The notes beneath the pieces are model-generated. The model was not told the origin of the DNA. It saw only the letters and a list, made by a program, of their open reading frames with translations, and ran no database searches. DNA of 64,000 nt from contig NC_092674.1 of NCBI RefSeq assembly GCF_964355755.1, forward strand, positions 27,962,001 through 28,026,000. Direction: 5' to 3'. This DNA is from Antedon mediterranea. Taxonomy: Eukaryota > Animalia > Echinodermata. The translations under genes were made by a program, and so were the position numbers. Positions 48,981 to 61,984 of this stretch are shown piece after piece; the first letter of the stretch is position 1, and each line of letters opens with the position of its first letter.

Positions 48981-50136
48981 TGAGATATAATAATAAATGT
49001 CATTTTATTATGTACCCGACATACTGTGTTTTTACTACACTATATATTTTATATCATGGTAGATGCTTTTCATGAATTTATTATTATTTTTTTTATTTCT
49101 TTGCATTTATTACATTTTATTGTTTGCCAATATACAACCAGCAAACACTGGATGAGAACTTATATTTATGAAATTATATGGTTTTTTATTGATTATTTGT
49201 GTTTGTTTTTTATTTAGTTAATAATATAGGTAACTTTAATATATATTTTTTTATTTTTACCTGTAAATGTAAAGTTTAAATGAAAGTGTGTTGCTCTCAC
49301 GAAATGTTCAGATAACAATTGATCCCGGCACACAACGTTACGGGCTTAAAATATCATGATAAACAATACTTGTTCGTTGACCCTTTTAACAAATTAGTAA
49401 AAATAATCATTGTTATTTTTATCAATTATGTTAACTGTATACGTTTAATCTAAAAGATGAATCGTTCAAATGATTACACTAGCTCCCAAATTGTAGCTGT
49501 AGATAAATATATATTTTCCTAGTTGATAAGATAGATATTACTGCGTTGATAATGACAGCGTAGAGCTGACCTTCAGACTGTCTTTGGATACTAACCTATC
49601 ATTGTACACCTCGTATGACTCGAATTCACTGATTGTATTGTTTTTAATCGTTCTATACCAAAAGCGTTTTAATAAATAATTCAACCAACAAAAGAATCGC
49701 AACATTTCTTGTAGACTTTATTGGAATTGTATTAATGTAATGTAGGATAAATTCCTGTTGTATTTTGCACAAGTGCTGCTAATTCGGATACACTTAAAAC
49801 AGCCTGTGAGTAAGTATGTTCACATTTTCGCGTGCTTTAAATTGACATGTATCCTTTTAAATTATAACTTTTAATTTCGAGGTTACTTTAACGTTTAATG
49901 TATTACACCAAGAAAGAATTAAATTATCATTCTTTCCTGATTGCACCTAAATACCCTCGGGAGGTACGTAATATTAATGAAAAATCTAGAGTTTAAATGT
50001 TACGACAGCCATTATATAGGCCTATCTTGGTATCTTTATTTATATAGACAAAAACAATTGAATACATTTGCAGGCAAAGGCTGAATTGCTGTGTTTTGTT
50101 ACAATAAAAATATACACTATGTTGATTATAATGTTA

Positions 50137-50315
50137 AGCTTGGTTCCCACTAGAACGTAACGCAAGGACGTAAACGCAACGCAAGCGTTTTAACCTATGA
50201 CAAGCGAAGTTATAGACAGTTAGCAATAACAAGCGAATAAGCCATCGCTTGTGATTGGTCAATTCACTTGCGTTGCGTTACGTCCTTGTGTTGCGTCGCT
50301 AGTGGGAACCACGCT
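50137..50315. mobile_element. PIF/Harbinger-type MITE, family 2B
   Basis: TTA|AGCTTGGTTCCCACTAG...CTAGTGGGAACCACGCT|TTA; GCAAC/GTTGC-rich arms. Confidence 0.85.
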
Positions 50316-50948
50316 TTAATATTAATCATTACATCATACTAATTATATGTGTATGATATATTACAAACGCATTTTAGACGAAGTCTGGGCTACAACTTTA
50401 CATTGTCTTAGTAACTGTGAAATAAACAGATGATAACGTATTAAAGGATATTAAAACCTGTTTCCATAAGTGAGTGTAAGGAGTGTTGTATTAATTATTA
50501 AGTCTTTGTTTAAACACGGTAACAGTATGTTTACCATGGAATCAAGCGTTTCTGTGCACACTCATCATTTATAACTTGTTTAATCTTATGTGACATGTTA
50601 TGCAATGTATGTAGGCTACATTTCAACACTTAAGGTAGGGTAGGCGTACGGTATTGGGGATGTTAGATGTGTAAGGTTTGTGTCTCTCTCAACAGTCTCT
50701 ACATTATTGCATTAGGCCTACTCCATCCTCTTTTTTATCTATTTATCTATCATGTGCGACTAATACTCAAATGTCTGTTCTGCAAAATATGATAATAATA
50801 ATAATAATAATATTATGATGAGGATGATGACGTTGACGACGACGACGATGACGATTTACTGTACCACCAATGTATTGAGAAAATATTGACGAATCATTCG
50901 AATATAAACGAATTTTTTTTTCCAGATTTTATTTTTACCGGAACAATC

Positions 50949-53900
50949 ATGAATAGATCAAATTGTCTGTGGTGCTGTGGCATTATGGGAGTTTGTCTGA
51001 CAATTCTTGGAACCATTTTGTTGCCTCTTCTTGGACCCGGAGTTAGCAAAATCTTGGCTAAGGTAAGGTAGTAACATTTATTTAAAGAAAGTCAAAATAA
51101 CATTCGACAGACATTCACCACCACCAAAAATGACTTAATATATCTCTTTGAATAATTTTACACGAATTTTGTTATCGTATCTATATATTATTTGAGCCAC
51201 TGCTACTTTGAAAATTAACACATAATCTATTGCATTTATTTATTTTTTCCCTTGCAAGATCCTCTATTAATGGTATTTTTGTATTGTCTTATTATATATA
51301 TTACCACTTTTTTATTGTATTGTTTTTACCATTAATAGAAACTAATACATGTTTAAATGTTGTTGGTTCATTGTTAAGCGTGGTTCCCACTAGCGACGCA
51401 ACGTAACGCAACCTACGCAACGTAAGAAAATGCCCTTCCGATAATTGTGTTTGCCTCCGCCTGCGTGAAATCAAACCTGCGACTCATTACAGCACTGTTC
51501 TGTAGTCGGTTCCCACTTGTGATTACGCAATACAGCACCTTGCGTCGATACGTCGCTGCGTTACGTTGCGTTGCGTTCTAGTGGGGACGACGCTTTAAAC
51601 TAAAGAACAAGCTACGCAAGCAGGCGACCGATTTGAGTTTCCGTTGAAGAGACTTTTACACTTTATCTTCATATTCTAGAATTGTGTTTTCTTATTCTCT
51701 TTTTCTTTCCTCGTAGGAACTGGAACTAACAGAGGGAACTTCGGGTTGGGAAAGTTTCATCTTCACTCCTATACCTGTTTATTTCCAAATATGGGTATGG
51801 AACTTGACCAATCCAGAGCATTTCCTGAATGGCGAGAAGCCACACTTGGAGCAACGGGGCCCATATACTTACAGGTAAATGTGCGTTTTATTGATATTGA
51901 CTGATCCAACGGCAGGTTTGGGTTCGAATATCGGTTGTGTTTCTCATTCTTAAATATTTCCACATCTTTTTATCTTTTTAAATTAATTTATTATATTAAT
52001 TACACATTACAAACGGGCGGTTTATAATAATAATAATAATAATTTATATAGCGCACATATCCTCTAAAAGTGCTCAATGTTCTTTGCCTGTTGTGTTTAT
52101 ATGACTATACGGTATGTAGTAATGTTAATTATAAGGTCAACGAAGAACAATTAAACAAAATTTGATTATACTATATTGTGATAAAGGAAAATTCAGATTA
52201 TATATTAAGGAAATGGGGTGTGGAAAATCACTCTATCGCTCGTCATTCCAATGGATTCTCAGTATAGTGTTTCATCAGCGAAGATTGAAATTACACTCTT
52301 CTGGTCTCATGAAACAACTTCTATCAATCGCGACAAATTGTCATAAAATTGTAACTGCTACTGCTTTAGGCCTTTGGTGAATTCCACCCGTATTATGGCA
52401 ATGAAATACAATTGATCAAAATGCACTTAACTAAAATCAAACCCATACACGAAGGTGCTTAAGTCCAGTCTTAAAGGTTGAAACTAATGTTCTATTAAAG
52501 TAGGCCTAACTATACCTTCAAGTGCATTAGTATACGTAAAGAGTGAACTTTAGACTAATACCAATTAACGGATCATTAATAACAATGTTTAGACAGATAA
52601 TCCGTGTATGTTATATACCCTTTTCTATCGCCTCGATTTTCAGAGCCTTTATTCCTGAATTGTTCTATACCAATTTACAGATGACGTCATTATAATAATA
52701 TTGGTGTTTTTTTTAACATTTCTGAAAAAGTTGTTTTTTCACAATTTACAATTACATTTACAATATTTAATAGTATACCGAAAGAAGCTATTATTTCACA
52801 CTTTGTTTCCTTTATTAGATTAATAATGTTTAAAGAGAACCTCGTGGAGAATGATAATTATACCGTCAGCTATACATCTCCGACGGGATATGTGTACGTG
52901 GATGATATGTCAGTTGGTCCTTCCTCTGAAGTGTTCACTACAGTCAACGTAGTTGCATTTGTGAGTATTTGAAACAATACGATTAAAGGCCAATTTACAC
53001 TGACGACGAGCGATAAAAGATAATAGATATGCCTACATATTCTACGTGGGACAACTTACGCGGTTTCCGATTACTTTTACCGCTCTTCGTTACCGCTCCC
53101 CGTTACTGCTCCCCGTTACTGCTCGTCTGCTGTGTAAAATGGCCTTATGTGTGGTTCTCAATTGAACGCAACACAAGTAAAGGGGACCCTATTAAGGGAC
53201 ACTTTCCTACGATGTCGAACTATGAGAGAGATAATAATTATGTTTTAACATTACGATCAATCCCTATTCATGGTATATCCCTATTAAGGGACACTTTCCT
53301 GTGAAAGTAACTATGGGAAAGATAATCATTTATGTTTTAACACTATACGGTCAATCCCTGAACATAATATTGTGAGATGGAAATGTTTCAATGTGAGGTT
53401 GAAAGTGAAGGTGTTCCTAAATAGGGCTTCTACTGTATACTTTATCCGAAAATAGAGGAACATTTTTCAATTCTCATTTCAGACAGCAGCAGCTCTAGCC
53501 AGAAGCTTCGGTAACTCTACAGATGACCGAGTTCATCAGGCGCTGCATCTTCTCTCTGATGCCAAAATCTTGATGACAGTGTCTGTCGATGGGTTCATGT
53601 GGGGTTATGAAGATCCTTATTTGAAATATATTAATGATCTAACTAACGTGTCATTACCAACCAAGTTTGGAGTCTTCATAGGGGTTAGTATATGTATTTT
53701 TATTTACTTTTAACTCATCATCATCTTCCAACTGTGCAGAATCTCGTAAAGGCCATGCCAATACATACGAGCGGTAGCGGTTAAGCGTGGTTCCCACTAG
53801 CGACGCAACGTAACGCAACCTACGCAACGTAAGAAAATGCCCTTCCAATAATTGTGTTTTCCCCCGCCTGCGTGAAATCAGCACTGTTGCGGTTGGGTTC

Positions 53901-56900
53901 TCACTCGTGATTACGCAATACATCACTTTGCGTCAATACGTCGTAGGAACCACGCGTAAGCTTGGTTCCCACTAGAACGTAACGCAAGGACGTAAACGCA
54001 ACGCAAGCGTTTTAACCAATGACAAGCGAAGTTATAGACAGTTAGCAATTACAAGCGAATAACACTAGCGACGCAACACAAGGACGTAACGCAACGCAAG
54101 TGAATTGACCAATCACAAGCGATGGCTTATTCGCTTGTGATTGCTAACTGTCTATAACTTCGCTTGTCATTGGTTAAAACGCTTGCGTTGCGTTTACGTC
54201 CTTGCGTTACGTTCTAGTGGGATCCAAGCTTAACTGTCTATAACTTCGCTTGTCATTGGTTAAGCGTGGTTCCCACTAGCGACGCAACGCAAGGACGTAA
54301 CGCAACGCAAGTGAATTGACCAATCACAAGCGATGGCTTATTCGCTTATGATTGCTAACTGTCTATAACTTCGCTTGCTATTGGTTAAAACGCTTGCGTT
54401 GCGTTTACGTCCTTGCGTTACGTTCTAGTGGGAACCTGCACGCTTTAGCAATCACAAGCGAATAAGCCATCGCTTGTGATTGGTCAATTCACTTGCGTTG
54501 CGTTACGTCCTTGCGTTGCGTCGCTAGTAGGAACCACGCTTTAAGCGGTAAACGGAAAACAAAAAATATAGAATTTATGTTATCTCTTATGACCATACAA
54601 AACGTGAAGCGGACAGGCGGTTGGTGGGCGGTTTCCGCTCCTCAGGATAGATACAGATTCTATGTGGGAAATTTATAGGAATTACGATTATTTTTTTTTC
54701 GTTTTAGTCGAATATGACAAGTGACAGCGTCTGGACAGTTAACACAGGAGGAGATGATATAGCAAAGTTGAACATCATTGACAATGTAAATGGGAAGAGT
54801 TCGCTAGATTACTGGAGGACGGATTATGCGAATATGATAAATGGTTCAGGTAAGGATAGCCAAGGCAACGAACACAAGTTTTAAACTATGGCTTGTATAC
54901 GCGTGTATTTCAAAACTCCTATTAAAGCTTGGTTCCCACTAGAACGGAACGCAAGGACGTAAACGCAACGCAAGCGTTTTAACCAATGACAAGCGACAGT
55001 TAGCAATCACAAGCGAATAATCCATCGCTTGTGATTGGTCAATTCACTTGCGTTGCGTTACGTCCTTGCGTTGCGTCGCTAGTGGGAACCACGCTTAAGG
55101 ACCATTTAGAAACCAACGAAATGTTATGTGGCATAAAACATGTATTCCCGCGCCGTCGTTTCACGAGAAAGTTATCTTATAATATTCTCTGTTTTACTGG
55201 TGTTTGAAACGAGGACGGGTTCAACTATGTAGTACAAGAAAACAATTTTTAGACCCTGTTGTTACTATTGTTGCTTTTATTTGGTATTAGATGGAACGTT
55301 TATGCATCCTGAACTCGATGCTGAAAAGGACAACCGAGTATACATCTATGTTGGAATAATCTGCAGGCAAGTTTATTTTATTTCACGTTTGGTTAAATGT
55401 TCAAATTCTGGTTCTTTTACAACGATATCGGGTTATCGGACAATCATCATGTGTTACATACTCTATATATTATGGGTAGATTATACTGGGATTTTAAGAA
55501 CCGTACTACCACGTGCTGAATTTTACAGTACCGCGTTAAGGCCAATTTACACAGACGAGCGGCAATGGTAATAATATATAGAATCTATGTTATTCTTTAT
55601 GACCATTTACACGCGAAGCGGACGGGCGGTTTCCGCTCAAGATAGATACAGATTCTATGTGGGAAAAGCTACGCGGTTTTCCGCTTACCGTTACCGTCCG
55701 TCTGTAAATTGGCTAAATTTGTTTTCTGTTTTAGAGCCGCTCATCTTGATTATGAATCTAAGTATAAGAGAGATGGGATTTTATTCTACCGTTACAATGT
55801 GACAGAGTATTTATTAGCACACCCTAGCATTAACCCCGACAATGCTGATTTCTGTGACATTGCTGGTAACTGCCCGCCCTCTGGACTCATTAACCTCACT
55901 GTTTGCAACTATGGTTCGTACAAATATTGGTTTTTAAATTTTTAAATATAAAGCCTTGTCTACACTTTCAAACTTTATGTGACAAAATAATGTGATGTGC
56001 CCGTGGACATGATGTGCCCATGGACATGATGATGTCATATCACAACCATATTTAAACATAGCACTACCATGGGCACATTTTTTCACACATAAAGTTGGAT
56101 AGTGTAGACAAGGCTTAAGATAAGATACGATAAAACTTTATTGTCGTGAAGCTTGGTTCCCACTAGCGACGCAACGTAACGCAACATACGTAAAGCTTGG
56201 TTCCCACTAGAACGTAACGCAAGGACATAAACCAACGTAAGCGTGTTGACCAATGACAAGCGAAGTTATAGACAGTTAGCAATCACAAGCGAATAAGCCA
56301 TCGCTTGTGATTGGTCAATTCACTTGCGTTGCGTTACGTCCTTGCGTTGCGTCGCTAGTGGGAACCACGCTTTACGTAACAAAATGCCCTTCCAATAACT
56401 GTGTTTGCCCCCGCCTGCGTGAAATCAAACCTGCGTTTACAGCACTATTGCGTCGTCGGTTCCCACTTGTGATTACGCAATACAGCACTTTGCGTCAATA
56501 CGTCGTAGCGTATATTATAGTATAATTATTAATGATGATAGGGCAACGTATTGTGTAAACTTGCTCCAAGTCTGTGTTTATTGTCCTTTTTATGTTGGTC
56601 CACCAGTCGACGTATGAAACGCCATATGTGCAAAAATATTTCCTTAATTATTTCCACCGTAGGAGCACCACTGTTTGGTTCTTTGCCACATTTTTTATAC
56701 GGTGACAAGGAACTGACGGTCAATGTTAGCGGTATGAACCCAAACGAAGAGGAACACAGAGTATACCTTGATAAAGATCCAGTGAGTAGAGCATTTATTA
56801 AAAAACTGGTCAAAGAAGTGTGATATGCCCAAATATGGTAGTGATATGCCCAAATATGGTAGTGATATGACATCGTCATGTCCATATATGGCCACATCAC

Positions 56901-59616
56901 ATTTTTTTCACATAAAGTTTTGATAGTGTAGACAGAACTTGTTTACGTGTTTATTCACACAAATCGAAAGCGTTTGTTTATGCGATATTCATATCTCTAT
57001 ATATTTTCTGTCATGGGAAAAATGCGCAACCAATCAGAGTTCACGAATGTTGATTCCACGAGAATAGATTCACCTCGTGCAAAACAGGTTTTACTCCGAT
57101 TATTTTACTGTTTAACCATCCATTCAAAAAAAAAAAACCATAGCTTATATTATTCTAAATCTTCTTGTAATATAATGTAATGGCACTATCTGATTGGTTA
57201 ACGACTTGCTTAGCATAGTTCATGTTTGACGTTGGTCTGTGTTTATAAAAAATAAAAATGTGTTAATTTCAAATATTGTTTTTCTTTCACCTAAAGTTAA
57301 CCGGAGCTACAATGATAATTCAAGTTCGAGCTCAACTGAACTTCAAAGTGGAAAAATATGATCATTTAAAGTAAGTCTAATTTAATTATGCTCTCCATAA
57401 AACAAGTTAATTTGTCATGAATGTACTGTACACTTATAAGTTTCGTTTTATTACGATTTTTCATCATCATCAAGTATATATTAATATATTTTTTTTTTTA
57501 CAGAGAAACACAATATCTAAAAGAGACGTATCTTCCAGTTGTCTGGCTGAACGAGGTAAGATAAAGCACTTTCGCAGTGTACGCTACCGGATACCGGACT
57601 AATGCCGGAATTAGGGGGTAGAAACCCACGCTTCGGTAGGCTAAGAAAGTTTCAATATATTTTAAAGATTTATTTCTGATGGATATAATACATTTTTTTT
57701 CAGAGTTGTGATTTAGATGATGAATTCGTCAAATACTACAAGACGTCCGTTCTGCTACCATTAAACTTTGCTCTAGCCCTGTTTATCACTATACTTGTCA
57801 TTGGATGTGGTCTCTTATTTGGGACCCTAATCACTGTATACAAAGATTACCGTGAACGCAAAAACCCAAAGGTAAGCAACATACGGAATATTCCGGAAAA
57901 ATGTTTGATACAGCACTGAGCACTGGGTACACTATTGACTCTCTAATTACACGTTTTATAAACGTTTAAAAACTTTTTCACGATATCTATCTCTTTTTAT
58001 TTGGAATTGCATTCTAGGATTAAACCTATATTTCCAGCCAACGCTTTCATTATCACTCGACGTAGGCCTATAGGTCTAAAATTCCATTCCACTGATTAAA
58101 GCAATCTTACAACAGAATCTTTGCCAAGATTATAACTCGAACTAGTCCTTTGATCTTATGCCTGGCTGCTACAAATACAACAGTACTGTGTGTACATCTC
58201 CGTGGCGCGCGGTATGTAAGGGACGTGGAACTGACCGTGTCGCAGCCACAGATAAACGCTTTGATCCCCGTAGCTCAGCATCTTGCTGTTATAGTTTGCC
58301 TTGCACTAATAAACTCCATGTCCATATCCACAATTAAATAATTATGCTTTTTTATTTTGTATGGCTTTCTTCAGGTTGGAACTGTAATGTAAGAAAATTG
58401 ATTGTTAGTAAAGTTGTATAGTTGTGTATCACTGTTGATTTTTTTTTAACAAGTAAAGGCCTCTTTGTCTTTTACCACCCAAAAATAGTCCTAAATAAAT
58501 AGTCCTAAACTGTGCTCTTAATGGAGTACCGTAATGGTTTTATTTAGTATTTTCACCTATACTATAATGTGTGGTTGGTAAAATATGTTTGCCCAAAGAT
58601 GGTTCCCACTTAAGCGTGGTTTCCACTATAGAACGCAACGCAGCGACGTGCTGTATTGCGTAATCACAAGTGGACCAACAGTGCTGCAAAAATCGCAGGT
58701 TTGATTTCACGCAGGCGGGGGCAAATACAATTATTGGAAGGGCATTTTCTTACGTTGCGTAGGTTGCGTTACGTTACGTCGCTAGTGGTAACCAAGCTTT
58801 AGTAATTAATTGACCAATCACAAAGTGATAGATTATCCTAACTGTCCTCTTGTGGTTGGTCAATTTTCCTGTCACTCGCGCTTACGTCAGCGCGATGTGC
58901 TGTATTAATAATATCGATTGGTTTTTATTCTAAATTATGTTGTGCTACTTTCCTTTCATTCTTCATCATGTGATAGGTAAATTTCATTTTCATTGCTGTC
59001 AATTGTAAATAATATTTTGTGCCAATTTGTTTACAATTTACATATTCAAACATTTAGTGTTTTCATGTTTACTGTAAAAACAATGTTTGTTGATCGTTTG
59101 TTTTAAATACTACAGTGTTAAAACTTGGGTTTTAAACAAACACCTATTTCAATGAATAGTTATTCCTTTCATTTCATATTGCGCTGGGAAACTCCGGAAG
59201 AGCGCTTTATAAATGTTTGATATTATTATTAATATTTTATTTATATTTTTTTATTTTAGCTGAAAACATGTCTCTTAGACAACGGTTTTTGGTTAAAATT
59301 AACCGGGTTTTTTTTGTTTTGTCTTTTTATAAGTGAAATAAAAATGTGTTAAACTTTTTTTTACAGAAGTGAATAACTATGCCTATCATAGTCTGATTTT
59401 ATTAATCTTCATTTTTCATGTTTTTTTGTGGGGGGACAATACATATTTAATTATTTGAGATTTTACTCTGGTTTTATTTATGATTTTCAGAAGCATAAAC
59501 CAACCAACATGAAAGAAGTTCACGAAAAACCGCAATTGGAACGTTTTACAAGTCAAACTCCCCTTGAAAATGATTTTACAGATATTGTTAATGACAAACC
59601 ACAGACTACCCTATAA
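50949..59616 (+). CDS. CD36-family class B scavenger receptor (SCARB1/SCARB2-like), paralog 1, ~516 aa
   Basis: Exons 50949-51062, 51717-51874, 52819-52960, 53483-53683, 54708-54849, 55291-55366 (GC donor), 55735-55913, 56663-56781, 57297-57370, 57504-57555, 57704-57871 and 59491-59616 join in frame (1551 nt). N-terminal TM; PIPVYFQIWVWNLTNP, GPYTYR, WGYEDP, NMINGSDG, ICR, SLPHFLYGD, PVVWLNE; C-terminal TM. The last exon is less certain. Confidence 0.9.
51377..51594. mobile_element. PIF/Harbinger-type MITE, family 2A
   Basis: TTA|AGCGTGGTTCCCACTAG...CTAGTGGGGACGACGCT|TTA; related copies at 53784, 56150 and ~58613-58798. Confidence 0.8.
53784..54540. mobile_element. Nested pile of family 2A/2B MITEs
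   Basis: At least five full or partial copies in both orientations. The whole block is flanked by TTA (53781-53783, 54541-54543) inside an older element related to 55540-55714. Confidence 0.8.
54926..55095. mobile_element. PIF/Harbinger-type MITE, family 2B
   Basis: TAA|AGCTTGGTTCCCACTAG...CTAGTGGGAACCACGCT|TAA. Confidence 0.85.
56150..56510. mobile_element. Family 2B MITE (56194-56371) nested in a family 2A MITE
   Basis: The 2A sequence breaks after ...GCAACATACG and resumes CGTAACAAAATGCCCTTCC after a complete 2B copy. Confidence 0.75.
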
Positions 59617-60588
59617 CATGTCTACTATTTCTTACGAACGAACAGTTTTGGACCAAACACGTCTTTATTTGATTCAATTCCGAAATGCAGCCCCATTCCA
59701 TTTGTCCATTAATATCAGGGAAGATTAAAATTAATGTAAAGTAATTGCACTTATTTCTGATTAATATTAACCTAGGCGAGAAAAAAAATTACGATATGAG
59801 TTTGGATCCTTTTATGTCATGAAATAAAGGTCTACAATAGTCTAAGTACAGTAGTACCTATGCCCAGGCCTACTTTTTATTTCTTTTATTGTATATAGAG
59901 ACATTTTAAAATTATTGTTTTTCTTGTTTGATTAGCGTTATGCATGTATATTATACGATGTTAAATAGGCCTATAAAACATTGTTAAGAAAGTTATTATT
60001 GTAAAGAGATGAATATATAACAAACAAAAAAATTAAGCATCGGAATAAGGCCTAGTTCTATTATTGAGAGTTTGCCTATACGGAATACCTACATTGACAG
60101 CAGAGAGACTAAAACCCCAGGGTTATTTACAGGCCTAGTCCGATTTTTCCATAATGCCGTCCGAAACGTGTAGTATCCATAAAATATTTTGCTACTATAT
60201 TATTACCATGGCCTATATTTTGTAATAATTATGCTGGTTTATTGTACCATGCATTTTATATTGTATAATTTTTCAATTAATAATTTATGTTTGTATTTTG
60301 TTTAATAATTTGAGAATCAAAATAAATGATAAAATGATGTGAGTCAATACTTTACTGTGATATTTCTGAGATAAAAGAAAATTGGCCTGATCGCAAACAT
60401 CAGGTCTTGAGTTCTGTCTTGCTTACAAAATGGAAAAGTAATAGCTATCATATGACTTATAAGGCAAGATGACACCCTCATCTAAGAATCTAAGATACAT
60501 TTTCTTTTACCACATTCATTATAAAGCCTACGGTACTGTAATGTACAGTACTGTATTTTACAGCAGATTCCCTGCATGCTATAAGAAG

Positions 60589-60776
60589 TGGGCGTGTCTC
60601 ATTGTTTTGGTCATGTGATTTTCAAATGAACCCCTCACGTGATTTTTCGCTAGTCATGCGTAAAAAGTGAACTGGCGTACTATAAAAAGTTCGTGTTACA
60701 TAACTTTGCTACTCTGTAACTTAACGTACGTGCCACATCTGTAATTTTTTTCTCATATCTTGCAACTCATTAAGAG
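60589..60776 (+). promoter_or_regulatory. Putative core promoter and first non-coding exon of scavenger receptor paralog 2
   Basis: TGGGCGTG (60589), TCATGTGA (60611), TCACGTGA (60635), TATAAAAA (60681), then the donor GAG|GTAAGC at 60776. Confidence 0.6.
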
Positions 60777-61984
60777 GTAAGCTAGTTGATTCATTTATTT
60801 AAATAGTATTGCCTTACAATAGTAATTCCAAATTGAGTGTAGGCCTATCAGTAGCTAGTTAGGCGGCCTGGAAAATAGAGGCCTAGCTATGCAGGCCTAG
60901 TAGTAGTAGGTAGGCCTTCTTGTAGTAGAGGCGCTAGGCATAGCCTAGGTAGACGTAGTAGGATCTGTTCAGAGATACGTTATCACAAGGTCGAGAAAGG
61001 TGCACTGCACATCCATGCAGCACCATCTGGCAACAGGCAGATTGTTGTATTAATAAATAAGTGAGTTGATAGGCCTAGCTAGGTCCAATTGAATAGATGT
61101 ATCAGGGCTGGTGTTTTTCCGTGACGTGAATTTAGAAGTGTAAAGTTACATTGCTTTTTATTTTTCTTTAAAATTATTATTAAAAATAAAATTAAAAAAA
61201 ATGTTTTGAAAAAAAAGAAATAAAAATGTATAGACTAGACAGTGACTCTAGGCACATGCATACTGCTGTTGGTGTTTAGTTTTATGGCAAGGTGGCATGA
61301 TACATTTTGCCCTGGACCCACACATTAATAGGCTTAGTTCAAACCTTAATATTATCTAATGATTTAATATGTAATACCAATTGTATTTTATCCAAATTAA
61401 GATATTGGAAAACCTAAGCAAGTAACATTTTATGAGCAAATATTTGATAGTACAGTACATTTAAAAATATGTTTATTGAGAAAATATGGGCAGACAGCAT
61501 GAATGAATCCAAACATAGCGTTGACAAACCGACAGTAAAAACCCCCTTTGTTCAATGTGCCATATAAGTCTGTATAAATATTGCAATATTATTTTAATGG
61601 TAAACTTAATACACAATTACTGACATTATCATTATCTATTCGTTCGTATGATTAAAAGCTCTCTTCAATTCTTCATCATTTTTGGTATTACTAAAGACCT
61701 ACTTTAATTATAAACAGTATTATCTGACGATTCTTCTTTAGCTCTGTCCGCACTATCAAACTAGTTTTGACAAAAAAAGTGTGATGTTTGCAAATATTGT
61801 AGGTAGCACATCACATTTTTCTGTCACATAAAGTTTGATAGTGTTGACAGAGCTTTACGTTACAAAATGAAACTGATAGATAGTGAATGGAAATTAAACT
61901 TGTTTACACGTTGTATTTTAGGTACTGTACGGTACATCTATACTGCGAGAGAGTCTGTCCTGCTTGTGGTAGCTGGGTTGTATT

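Noticed and set aside
45500-49000. Target-site duplication and internal DPE promoter for the LINE
   Set aside because: No matching flanking direct repeat was found, and GGACGTG near the 5' end is not at canonical spacing from a clear initiator.
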